From: an uncultured Chlamydiae bacterium
GTDB taxonomy: Bacteria > Chlamydiota > Chlamydiia > Chlamydiales > Parachlamydiaceae
Assembly: GCA_963830365.1 (NCBI GenBank)
Contig: CAWHMU010000021.1
Location: 1-64,000 of the forward strand
DNA: 64,000 bases
Direction: 5' to 3'
Shown one piece after another: positions 1-9,431 of this stretch. Below the pieces are notes generated by a model. It ran no database searches. It was not told the origin of the DNA and saw only the letters and a list, made by a program, of their open reading frames with translations. A program made the translations under genes and the position numbers. Each line of letters opens with the position of its first letter. Positions within the stretch are counted from its first letter, which is position 1.

Positions 1-1021
1 GCACCGGACCCAGAACCTGGCGATCCGCCGGAATTTCAGCGTCGATACAAAAAAGCCAATGCCAAGCGTGATGAGCAAGGCCGGGGCATTGCCCAATTTG
101 CCTTGCGAGGACTTCGTTGCGCAGAAATTGAGCAAATAGCGATGTCAGCACGATAGCTGTCGTCAGGCAGGCAAAGACCACCGCCAAGAGACACACAGGG
201 CGCTGCCAAAGGTCCTAAAGCTTCCATGGCGATCAGACCAAGCATCTCCTGAGGCGGTTTATCAATGAATAGCGGGGAATAGTCCAGCCCAGCGATACCA
301 GCACGAAATACACTGCCGACAGAATGCCGGCACCGACCAGGGAGGCGAGGCAGAACACTCTAAGAGGCGATGCTTCGCCTGGACTTGCCGATGTGCTATC
401 ATAAAGATATTTGATGACAAATTGCGAAAGAAAAAGGCTGCCAACAGATCCATGGTCTGATATCCCTGGAAAAAGCCATTTGTCAGTGCATCCCAGCGAT
501 GTATATTGCTGGCAGGTAGCATGGAACCTTGACTCAACGCTACATAGGCGATGGTGGCGATGGCCCCCAGCAGGAATGGCGTCAATACCGTCCCGATGAT
601 AGTGACAACTTTATTTTTATTTACCGTCAGCAAATAGATGACAGAACACAGACATAGGCTCGTCACGGGCAGGGAGGCCTCAGGAAATAGCAATAGCAAG
701 GCGCCATGCGCCACTGTCAGGCAGCGGGCCAGCACGCCGAACGGCCCCATCAAGGCCAGCGCCAAAAAGGAAAATATAAAGGTACCTCTTTTGCCGAAGG
801 CACTGAAAACTATAGATATCCCCTTTGTACAGCATCATGCCCAGCACCCCCAGAAAGGGCACCGCCACGCCGGTAAGCAAGATCCCTAAGGCCGCCGGTA
901 AATAATGGCCTTCACTTTCCAATCCGACGGTGATCGGGAATACCAGATTTCCCGAGCCGAAGAACATCGAAAACAAGGCAAAACCTGTGCTGACCACCAA
1001 CCATGTATTTTTCATCATCAA
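1..1021 (-). pseudogene. brnQ: Branched-chain amino acid transport system II carrier (BrnQ), split by several frameshifts (decay or sequencing error); runs off the window start
   Basis: N-term TGFALFSMFFGSGNLVFP (680..1021), continuing in 262..765 with GFFQGYQTMDLLAAFFF and in 36..245; typical LIVCS/BrnQ motifs. Confidence 0.85.
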
Positions 1022-1075
1022 TCATCCTATCCTTTGAGAACCTATAAAATTATTTTTGCCTAAACCTCAAAAGGC

Positions 1076-1107
1076 AAAAAAAAACCGCACCTCTGGCGAG
1101 GTGCGGT
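1076..1107 (-). terminator. Intrinsic terminator in the brnQ leader (attenuator terminator)
   Basis: Minus strand ACCGCACCTC-GCCA-GAGGTGCGGT followed by a run of 8 T, ~55 nt upstream of the brnQ start. Confidence 0.85.
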
Positions 1108-1139
1108 CTCAACATTAAATCCATATCCGGCCAAGCCGA

Positions 1140-1217
1140 TTACATAGATCCGCACCTCAAATGAGTGGGATGAATAATAATCAGGTTAATAATGGCGCGG
1201 CAGCTGTTAAAGCACAT
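1140..1217 (-). CDS. Putative Ile-rich leader peptide MCFNSCRAIINLIIIHPTHLRCGSM
   Basis: 25-codon ORF with 5 ATT and 1 CTG codons in 7 positions; AAGGA upstream; contains GAGGTGCGG complementary to the terminator 5' arm. Confidence 0.75.
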   Translation of the reverse strand: MCFNSCRAIINLIIIHPTHLRCGSM

Positions 1218-1326
1218 AATGCGTATATATCCTTATGAATGCTTCAATGTATCACACGCCAAAAATATTGGCAAGGCCAAAATCGTGTTCGCATCCCAAA
1301 TGAACGAAGCGGGCGTAAGTTAATTG

Positions 1327-2545
1327 CTAAAATTGGTAGGCAAGGTTTACAAAATAACCTTGATAACTCTTTTGGCCGAATTGATAGGAGAATCCGAGCG
1401 TCAGGCAGTCGTAATCAAGCCAAGGATTGATCTTGCTGGCAATCAGCGATACACCGATTTCATCGTAGTGGTTCATATAGAGTCCGCCGCGTTCAAAATC
1501 GGAATCCACCACATAGATGCTATAATTGATCGGCCGGCCGCACATCTCCATGCCTTGGCATGAAGTGATGGATAGCCCGTTCTTAAAAATATAGTTGTGC
1601 AGGTGATAGTTGAAATTAACGCCGCTTAACCACATATTGCCTGAGGCGTAATAGCCGGCAAAATTCGTCATCGATAGCACATAGTTGCACAGTTTGAAAT
1701 TCACCATGCTGTTTAATCCGGCAGACACAAAATCACCGGCCGTGCACAAATCAAACGATCCGCCAGCGCCAAACCTCACGATAGGCGTCACCGACCATAT
1801 CGACGTCACGGGAATTTGCAAGCCCACCCCCATGGAACTGAAAAGGGAATAGGCGCCGCCGTTGATGTTGAATGTCAGCGGCGCATCAAGAATTAAAGCC
1901 CCAACTCTGACAGGAAGAGTAGGAGTAGCGCAGCGGCAGCGTGATGGTGGTCGTATCAAATTCTCCTGAAAAAGCCCTGCCGACATATGTGCCGGCCTGG
2001 AACTGATGCACTATCGGCTGGGCACCCCCACAGTCACAGCCGCTCAAGGGCGATAGGCGCCCCAGTAAATAATCGGACTGGGCCATCTGCGCCAACAGGC
2101 TATTGGGATTACCGGCAATGGGGTCGATGGGTGAGTATTTGGCATAAGCTTTTAACAACTCATGTTTGCTGCCCCCGTCTCTTACGAACTCTTTGAAAAG
2201 CGCAAAGCTGGCATCCCTGGTCGCGCCCGCAAAAACCTCTACCTTCCCCGTCTGCGGGATGGCCACCACCAAGGCGGTGGAATTGGCGGCATAGGATCCT
2301 ATCGCCATGATGCCACGCAAATTGATATCGAGGGAGATTGGCGACATGGGGGTATAGGTAGGAATAAGCAGTTCTAGCGAAGCTTCCTGCAAATCCCGCT
2401 TCAGATCGACCAGGTTGGGAGCGCTCACATGCGCGCTGTCGGCACCAACGGTTACCGTCGCCTGATAGGGCTGGTGGGCCGGCAGGCTAATCGCCTGGCC
2501 AAGCAGTATCCCCATCAGTGCGTAGTTGCGTATTTTTTGAAACAT
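1327..2545 (-). CDS. Putative exported/outer-membrane beta-barrel protein, frameshifted near 1900
   Basis: Signal-peptide-like MFQKIRNYALMGILLGQAISLPA; overlapping ORFs 1886..2656 and 1327..1986; alternating aromatic strands and C-terminal VNLAYQF. Confidence 0.55.
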
Positions 2546-2613
2546 GCCGTCTGCCTCTTTGAAAATGTTTGTTATATTGAAACCATAAAACCATTTAAAT
2601 GACAAAATATTTC

Positions 2614-3111
2614 GGGTCATCACACAAATGAGTGGTTGACAGAGATGACTACTCAAGAACTTATGACGTGAAAGGACTTTGAGGGTTGGGGTCAGGCTTG
2701 TGATTTGTGATTTGAAAGTCCTAAATACATTAGAAAGCCCGACTCATTTCAAATCGCAAATCGCAAGCCTGACCTCAATCCGTTCAGCCAAAGCCTACAT
2801 GATGAGTTTTTGAGGTTCATCCGGTTTTATAGGACCCACCTAGAAAAGGATGCGTAGAAATGGGGAAATGTAGGTAACACATCGGAGCAAAAATAACAGG
2901 ATATTAGGATGGACAGGATGAAAGATTTAAACTTTAGTTTGCCAACTTTGCGATTTATGTAGGTCTTGGGTGATCATCCTATTTTTCATATCCTGACCAT
3001 CGTAATATCCTTTTATTTTTGCTTACTCTTTTCTCTTTACAAGTCCTGCAAAACCGGAAGAACCGTTTTTAAGATGTTAGCTCTGTCAACCACTCGTTTG
3101 TGTGATGACCC
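2614..3111. mobile_element. 498-bp non-autonomous MITE with a nested inner MITE (copy 1)
   Basis: 31-bp TIR GGGTCATCACACAAATGAGTGGTTGACAGAG; 8-bp flanking duplication AATATTTC (2606-2613, 3112-3119); near-identical copy at 44818-45315. Confidence 0.85.
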
Positions 3112-3139
3112 AATATTTCCCACGCATATCTCTTTTCGG

Positions 3140-3335
3140 TGGCAGAGCCCAAACTAAAATTACGTGCCCGAGCCCATGCCCGAATTCCAAAATACTTAGA
3201 TCTTAAAGGAAAATGGCTCAAGTATTCATTGGTTCTGACTTTGCCACGCTAAGAATGGATGGTCTAATGATTTTGGAATTCGGGCACGGGCTTGGGCACG
3301 GGCTCGGGCACGTAATTTTAGTTTGGACTCTGCCA
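3140..3335. repeat. Palindromic element with GTGCCCGAGCCC-type arms (family C)
   Basis: TGGCAGAGCCCAAACTAAAATTACGTGCCCG ... CGGGCACGTAATTTTAGTTTGGACTCTGCCA; related copy at 7923-8060. Confidence 0.75.
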
Positions 3336-3435
3336 TGTTAAGAATGGATGCTCTAATTTCTCCTTTGACAAATTAAAGGCAAGCTCCCTAATGTAAGCTT
3401 TTAGCCAGAGATATAAATTTTAGGGGATTGACTGC

Positions 3436-3828
3436 ATGCCAAATTCGTTCTTACATCAGCCCATTTTATCCAAAAAGAAAACCGAAGCCATTGCCAACGG
3501 CGCCTTTCTGATCTGCCTGGGCATCCTCTTTGCCACAGACGCTTGGTGGCCGGGCATCTTATTAGCTATCTGGGTATCGCTGGCTGTGCGTCAGTATTTC
3601 AGCGGCCGCCTGTACGATCTGATGATGTCTTCGTTCATTCTGCTTGGGTTGTTTGTCATTTCCCTTTTAAAACTCGACTGGTCAATCTTGATGCCGGTAT
3701 TATTTGTTGTCGGCGGGATATATATCATCTTCCGCGAGTATTTCTTTGCCGAAGATACCAATGGGGAAGACAAATCACAGGAAATACTTGATGACATCGA
3801 CAATGACAGAAAAACCCCCAAACGCTAA
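3436..3828 (+). CDS. Small integral membrane protein (about 4 TM helices)
   Basis: 130-aa hydrophobic ORF with GGGGA RBS. Confidence 0.75.
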   Translation: MPNSFLHQPILSKKKTEAIANGAFLICLGILFATDAWWPGILLAIWVSLAVRQYFSGRLYDLMMSSFILLGLFVISLLKLDWSILMPVLFVVGGIYIIFREYFFAEDTNGEDKSQEILDDIDNDRKTPKR

Positions 3829-4227
3829 GCTGATCCACGCCGCCAGCATCTTTGTCGATGATGGCAGAAATCGTTTCCTTTTTCTGCGTAGAAGACCCCC
3901 ACCCACTTTTGCTGGTATCAAGAATCAGGGGATGGAGTTGAAAATGAGACGGCCGTATCAGCGCCCACCATCGAAGAGGCGCTGCGCCTGGCCGCCCGCC
4001 ATTTCAAGCGCTATTTTTTCCGCACGCTGATTTGCGGATTCCGCTATACGCTGCCGGAACGCGATGAACATGGCATCAATGCCTTATTCCATCAGATGGC
4101 AGCTTCCTGTAGCTCGATGAATGGCGTCTACTATGATGAAGAACTGGGCAACAACTGCTTTGTCCAAAATGCCTCTAATGAAGCCTATCAGCTATGGCAG
4201 CGCTTGAAGGCCCAACAGCGTTTGTAA
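3803..4227 (+). CDS. Hypothetical protein, frameshifted near 3888
   Basis: MTEKPPNAKLIHAASIF...LFLR continues in another frame as CWYQESG...CGFRYTLPERDEHGINALFHQM...QQRL to TAA 4225-4227. Confidence 0.6.
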
Positions 4228-4245
4228 GCGCAAAATGATCGCCTT

Positions 4246-7200
4246 ATGATGAAAGAAGAAATTACCTGCCCCATCTGCCACGTTTCCTTTGCCCTGCAAA
4301 CAGCTTCCGGCAGCGACGCGCATTACTGCCCTTTCTGCCGCAGCGCCCTTTACCCCGCGCAGACCACCACGCTGTCGGCTGAGACGCAAAAAGATGTCCA
4401 AACGCCGGCCAGCACAATGTCTATTTCCTTTCTGGCCGAACATGTACCGGCCTCTGAAAACATCCAATTTGTCATCGGGCCCTATCAAGCCTTGCACAGC
4501 ATCGGCAAGGGGGGGATGGGAGAGGTTTTTCTGGCCTATGACACTACTTGCGGACGGCGCCTGGCATTAAAAAAGATCCGTCCCGATCTGTTGGCGCATA
4601 AGCAGTTGCACAACCGTTTCCTCAAGGAAGCTCGCATCACCAGCCAGCTGACACACCCTGCCATCATCCCGATCTATGCCATCCATAGCGAAGCCGATTT
4701 GACCTACTATACCATGCCCTATGTCGAAGGCGAAACTTTGAAGCAGATCCTGCGCAAGGCCCGCCAACAGGAAAAAAATGGCGAGAAAATCGATCCGCTG
4801 GCCCAGTCGATTCCGGGGCTTATCCGCATATTCCTGAGCATCTGCCAGGCTGTCGCCTATGCCCACTCCAAACACGTCTTGCACCGCGATCTCAAACCAG
4901 AAAACATCATCGTCGGTCAATACGGTCGAATCGTCATCCTGGATTGGGGCCTGGCCAAGATGCTTAAAAACTCCACTGAAAGCCCAAGCGATATCGCCGA
5001 TGGTTTTACAGCTGATGAGGAGGAAGAAGAAGAACACCCCATGCATCACCTGACCCATATTGGCAGAGTAGTGGGCACAGTCTCTTATATGGCGCCTGAA
5101 CGGGCCATGGGCAATCCTGCCAACTTCCAAACCGACATCTATGCCCTCGGGGTCATCCTCTACCAGCTGCTGACCTTAAAACACCCCTTTCATCGTCCGT
5201 CGTTGAAAGAATTCCGCCGCCGCATGCATCAGGAAAAGCTGATCGACCCCATTGAAATCGCCCCCTACCGCGATGTGCCGCGTTCCCTTTCAAGAGTGGT
5301 TATTAAGTGTCTTTCGCCAAACCCTGAGTTGCGCTATCGGGCTGTCGACGAGCTCATCCACGATCTGGAAAACTACATTGAAGGCCGCTCGGAGTGGTTC
5401 CAGATCGGCGAATTGGATATCAACAACAAAGCCGATTGGGAATTCCAGGAAAATGTGCTGATAGCCGAACATGTGGCCCTTGCCCGTGAAACAGAAGTTT
5501 CAAATTGGGTCAGCCTGATGATCTCTAAAGCCTCCTTCCAAGCCAATATCAAACTGCAGGCCAGCGTCAAAATCGGCGAGCACGGACACGGTATAGGCTT
5601 TATGCTTTGCATTCCGGAGGCTGCCGAACGCACCCACCTGAACGACGGCTATTGCCTATGGCTGGGCACCGATAGCAGTAAATCGACAAAACTGTTGCGT
5701 TCCACCGTCGAAGTGATGCACTCCCCTGAAGTCTTTCTCAAACGGCATGAGTGGCATACCGTCAGTATCGAAAAGATCGAAAACAACATCCATTTTTATC
5801 TCGACGGCATACTGCAGTTTTCCTACATCAGCCACCTGCCCCTGGCAGGCACCCACGTGGGATTGCTAGCGCGCGATGCCGACTTTATGATCAAAGACTT
5901 CTTTACCTATATCGGCAGCCAGAACGTCACGGTAAACTGCCTGGCGGTGCCCGATGCCTTCCTCGCTCACAAGGACTATACCACGGCCCTGAATGAATAT
6001 CGCCGCATCGGCTACTCCTTCCCGGGAAGGGCTGAAGGACGCGAAGCCATGTTCCGGGCCGGCATCACCTTATTGGAGCAGGCCAATGATACAGAAGACA
6101 AAGCCAGGAAACTAGAGCTTTACGATCTGGCGCTGGAGGAATTCCATAGACTTTACAATACGCCAGGCGCGCCTTTGGAATATCTCGGCAAGGCCCTGGT
6201 ATACCAGGCCCTGGATGATTATGAAGAGGAGGCTAAATGCTTTGAGCTGGCCTACCGGCGCTATCCCCGCCATCCCTTGCTGCCGGTCTTGCAGGAGCAG
6301 ATCATCTACCGCATGTATGCCAATTCGCGCCATCACCGCCAGGCCACCTTTAATTTTATCCTACTAACACTTAGATACCTGCCTGATGTCGCTACCAACC
6401 CCAACACAAAAAAACTGCTTGCCAATCTGGAAAAATTCTGGGAGCCGCTATTTTTCTTTGAAAATGACCCGGCTGCCGCCACGGATGAAAACCTGTCGAA
6501 TTTCGCCATCTCCCTAAAGCTAGCCTTCTGGCTTGCCCGTCCTTACGCCATCAGCGAAATCATCGACGACATGCTTAAAGCAAGCCCGTTCCATCCCGTC
6601 ATGCTTGGCAACGCCCTGTTCTGCCTGCTTGAACTTGGCTGCTGGCAGCTTGCCAAAGCCAAGCTTGCCCAAATAGCCTACCTGCACCCGGTCTCCCAAG
6701 AGTTTTTACAGATTAAAAGCCTGCTTGACATCGCCCTGCTGCGCCACACCTCATCCCTGGAGGCTGCCGTCGAGGCCTTTACGGCTTACCCATTCCCCAT
6801 GCAGTCAAGGGCAGATGAAAGAATCTTGTGCTACCTGATAGAACAAGCTCTAGATGCCGGCAAGACGCCGCTCGTGCATCTGCTTTATCAGCATGTCAGC
6901 GCTCAACAGCTAACACTTGACATGCAGCACATCATCCATGAATATGCTGTCTGGGCCTATCTGCTGGATAAAAATCTGGCAGAAGCCGGTAAAATCCTGC
7001 ACCACTATCCGCCCGAACAGCTCAGCCAAGATACCACCCTGCTGCATTTCGTCTATGGCTGCTGGCTGTATGTCACCGAAGGCAAAGAAATCGCATCGAT
7101 CCACTTCTCGGGCATTTATGAAGTCCCCTATCCCCGCACGTGGAACCTTTTCAGCTATTACCTGAAAGGCAATATCTTTGACAGCCGCGGCTGGCTGCCA

Positions 7201-7335
7201 AAGTCCTTCCTATGGGAAAGGCGCCAGCTCTTCAGGCAGCTGCACCTGTTTTACCAATGCGCCGGCGACACCAAGAAGGCGCTGGACTACCAGGAGCGTA
7301 TCCAGCAGGAGGCTGTAGATGCCCCGACAGTCTAA
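4246..7335 (+). CDS. pknD: Ser/Thr protein kinase, chlamydial PknD type
   Basis: N-terminal CPIC/CPFC Zn ribbon; GKGGMGEV, HRDLKPEN, DWGLA, GTVSYMAPE motifs; long C-terminal region with TPR-like helices; near valS. Confidence 0.85.
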   Translation: MMKEEITCPICHVSFALQTASGSDAHYCPFCRSALYPAQTTTLSAETQKDVQTPASTMSISFLAEHVPASENIQFVIGPYQALHSIGKGGMGEVFLAYDTTCGRRLALKKIRPDLLAHKQLHNRFLKEARITSQLTHPAIIPIYAIHSEADLTYYTMPYVEGETLKQILRKARQQEKNGEKIDPLAQSIPGLIRIFLSICQAVAYAHSKHVLHRDLKPENIIVGQYGRIVILDWGLAKMLKNSTESPSDIADGFTADEEEEEEHPMHHLTHIGRVVGTVSYMAPERAMGNPANFQTDIYALGVILYQLLTLKHPFHRPSLKEFRRRMHQEKLIDPIEIAPYRDVPRSLSRVVIKCLSPNPELRYRAVDELIHDLENYIEGRSEWFQIGELDINNKADWEFQENVLIAEHVALARETEVSNWVSLMISKASFQANIKLQASVKIGEHGHGIGFMLCIPEAAERTHLNDGYCLWLGTDSSKSTKLLRSTVEVMHSPEVFLKRHEWHTVSIEKIENNIHFYLDGILQFSYISHLPLAGTHVGLLARDADFMIKDFFTYIGSQNVTVNCLAVPDAFLAHKDYTTALNEYRRIGYSFPGRAEGREAMFRAGITLLEQANDTEDKARKLELYDLALEEFHRLYNTPGAPLEYLGKALVYQALDDYEEEAKCFELAYRRYPRHPLLPVLQEQIIYRMYANSRHHRQATFNFILLTLRYLPDVATNPNTKKLLANLEKFWEPLFFFENDPAAATDENLSNFAISLKLAFWLARPYAISEIIDDMLKASPFHPVMLGNALFCLLELGCWQLAKAKLAQIAYLHPVSQEFLQIKSLLDIALLRHTSSLEAAVEAFTAYPFPMQSRADERILCYLIEQALDAGKTPLVHLLYQHVSAQQLTLDMQHIIHEYAVWAYLLDKNLAEAGKILHHYPPEQLSQDTTLLHFVYGCWLYVTEGKEIASIHFSGIYEVPYPRTWNLFSYYLKGNIFDSRGWLPKSFLWERRQLFRQLHLFYQCAGDTKKALDYQERIQQEAVDAPTV

Positions 7336-7374
7336 GTTTAAGTTCCCCCCCCAACGATCATAGAAAGCACCTTA

Positions 7375-7878
7375 GTGCTGGATGCCTTTTTCATGGTGCA
7401 CCGCGACCGGCTGGCGCTCTCCGATACACAGGAATACACATATTACTCCGTCAAGACACACCATGCCGGCGTGGTCGTCATCGCACAGACTAAGGCCGGG
7501 CTGTATGTAGTCAATGAGGAATATCGCCACCCTGCGCAGCAGGTGTTGCTCAGCCTACCCTGCGGCTGCCTCATGGCGGATGAAACGCCTGAAGGTGGCG
7601 CTAGGCGCGAACTCTTGGAAGAAACAGGCTATACGGCCAAAAATTTTGCAACCATCGGCACAGCCTATCCCTATCCAGGCATTAGCGGCCAAAAGCTTTA
7701 TTATGTGGCGGCCTTTGAGGCCGAAAAAACCGGCCAACCTGCCCTTGAACCCAGCGAAGTGCTCACCACCGGGCTCTTATCCCCCTCGCAGCTGCAGGCA
7801 CAAATTTCGCAAGGCCGGCCTGTCGATGGCAATCTATGCACCGCCCTCTTCTTCCTGCAAAACCGGCCAGGTAGCTGA
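7375..7878 (+). CDS. NUDIX hydrolase (ADP-ribose pyrophosphatase-like); true start may be ATG 7319 across a C8 run
   Basis: Nudix box GCLMADETPEGGARRELLEETGY. Confidence 0.85.
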   Translation: MLDAFFMVHRDRLALSDTQEYTYYSVKTHHAGVVVIAQTKAGLYVVNEEYRHPAQQVLLSLPCGCLMADETPEGGARRELLEETGYTAKNFATIGTAYPYPGISGQKLYYVAAFEAEKTGQPALEPSEVLTTGLLSPSQLQAQISQGRPVDGNLCTALFFLQNRPGS

Positions 7879-7922
7879 TAGTTTTTGAATACAGTTCCGT
7901 TGGAGTTCGTCGCTTTTTCGCG

Positions 7923-8060
7923 CCCTAGTCCAAATACTAAAATTACATGCCCGTACCCGAGCCTGTGTCCGTGCCCGAATTTCAAGACACTTGGCCGAAG
8001 TATTTTAAAATTCGGGCTCGAGCTCGGGCTCGGGCATGTAATTTTAGTTTTGGCCCTGCC
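7923..8060. repeat. Palindromic element family C (copy 2)
   Basis: ACTAAAATTACATGCCCG ... CGGGCATGTAATTTTAGT. Confidence 0.7.
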
Positions 8061-8120
8061 AGCATACCAATAATGAGTGATTTACGCTTTCTTGAATTCG
8101 GACACGTAAATGGACCGGCA

Positions 8121-8163
8121 AAAAAAAGCAGCCATACCTTGTAAGAGGTATGGCTGCTTTAAT
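8121..8163. terminator. Bidirectional intrinsic terminator
   Basis: AAAGCAGCCATACCT-loop-AGGTATGGCTGCTTT between convergent genes. Confidence 0.75.
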
Positions 8164-8206
8164 TTATGGTCAGCGTGGCTGATGGCTTACACTAAGTAGC
8201 TACAAG

Positions 8207-9322
8207 CTAGGCAGCTATCAGTTGAGACTTTTTTTTCAGTTGTTCCATTACTTTTCCAAACTGCTGTTTACTCGCAAGTTCCAACTCTATTTGCTTGATC
8301 AGCTTCGTCCATTCGCTCACTTTCCCGGGCTTATGCTGATCGGCTTTGGCCTTAAGCTGAAGCTGTTCAGTGATCGCTCTATGATACACCCCTTCGATGT
8401 CTTTATTGAACTGCTTTTCCTTCCTCTTGTCGTAGATGAATTTCTTGCCTAGCGAGAACACCGATATGCCTATTACCAAGGCCAAGCCAAGCGGTGCAAG
8501 CGGCGTGAACGTTAGGATCAAACCGGCCACCAAGCCGACGATGCTGGCTATCAGACTAAGCGTTTGCGACCATTTCTTGGTGCTGATACGCTTGCTTAAT
8601 GTCTCCATGGTCGTCTTCAAGATTTCCTTACCTTCTTTCTTCACGTCAGGGTTGGCAGAAGCAATTCTCTCTTTAGCGCAGGCTTCAATCATCATCAGGC
8701 GGTGAGCAAATTGAGTCTCATCTTTACTGAAGTTGGCTTTGATGAAACCCTTATCTTTTTTGCGTTGATTTTCAATCACGCTCATGCCACTGCGATAATC
8801 TTCCTCAGTATAATCTTCGGTTTGCTTTTCCAAGACGGCGGCTTGGGTGAGCTTGCTGGCAAAGCGGCACGTCTTCACCAAGGCTTTAATATCCAGGCCA
8901 AGGCCAATCACTTCCAACGGGATACAGGCAATTCCCAAAGGGGCTGTCCAAGCGATAGCGCTTTTGCTCACTGCGCCCACCCCTTTAAGGAAACTAGCCA
9001 TACTCTTGGCCGCGCCAGCCACATCGCCTGTTTTTGAAACGATACTCAGCGTGTTCTCGATATTTTTCAAAGTTGTGGCATTAGGCATTTTTTTTATCAC
9101 GTCGGCAATGTCTTGCAGAGAAAATATGCCCTTCAAAGCGGACAGGCATTTCAGATGATGCAAGTGTGTATTGCCGCTGCCCCTGATGGCATTAATAAAG
9201 CCTTCGGTATTGCGGGCAATGCCGGCAAGTGTCATCCCTGTCTTAATGTCTTCTTTTTTTGGAACAGGAATCATTGTCCAGCAGTCCGGTTGTTGTATGA
9301 TGCCTATGTTGGTGACCGTCAT
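8207..9322 (-). CDS. Inc-like putative secreted membrane protein, paralog 1
   Basis: 371 aa; bilobed hydrophobic segment LSLIASIVGLVAGLILTFTPLAPLGLALVIGISVFSLG followed by a charged helical tail. Confidence 0.7.
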   Translation of the reverse strand: MTVTNIGIIQQPDCWTMIPVPKKEDIKTGMTLAGIARNTEGFINAIRGSGNTHLHHLKCLSALKGIFSLQDIADVIKKMPNATTLKNIENTLSIVSKTGDVAGAAKSMASFLKGVGAVSKSAIAWTAPLGIACIPLEVIGLGLDIKALVKTCRFASKLTQAAVLEKQTEDYTEEDYRSGMSVIENQRKKDKGFIKANFSKDETQFAHRLMMIEACAKERIASANPDVKKEGKEILKTTMETLSKRISTKKWSQTLSLIASIVGLVAGLILTFTPLAPLGLALVIGISVFSLGKKFIYDKRKEKQFNKDIEGVYHRAITEQLQLKAKADQHKPGKVSEWTKLIKQIELELASKQQFGKVMEQLKKKSQLIAA

Positions 9323-9377
9323 TAGCTCTCCTTACTATTCTATTTAAGTTTATTAACTTTATTCTGTTTATACACTT

Positions 9378-9414
9378 ATTATAAACAACGATTATTAAGA
9401 TTGCATAAATATAG
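9378..9414 (-). promoter_or_regulatory. Candidate promoter with conserved motif TATATTT-ATGCAA-17nt-TATAAT
   Basis: Same architecture at 12212-12248 and 44756-44792. Confidence 0.6.
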
Positions 9415-9431
9415 ATAAAATTCTTATTTAA

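Noticed and set aside
2966..3157. Short ORFs MGDHPIFHILT (also 45170..45370) and ORFs at 7885-8144, 12369-12644 and 47945-48268
   Set aside because: They lie within MITE or palindromic repeats and are probably not genes
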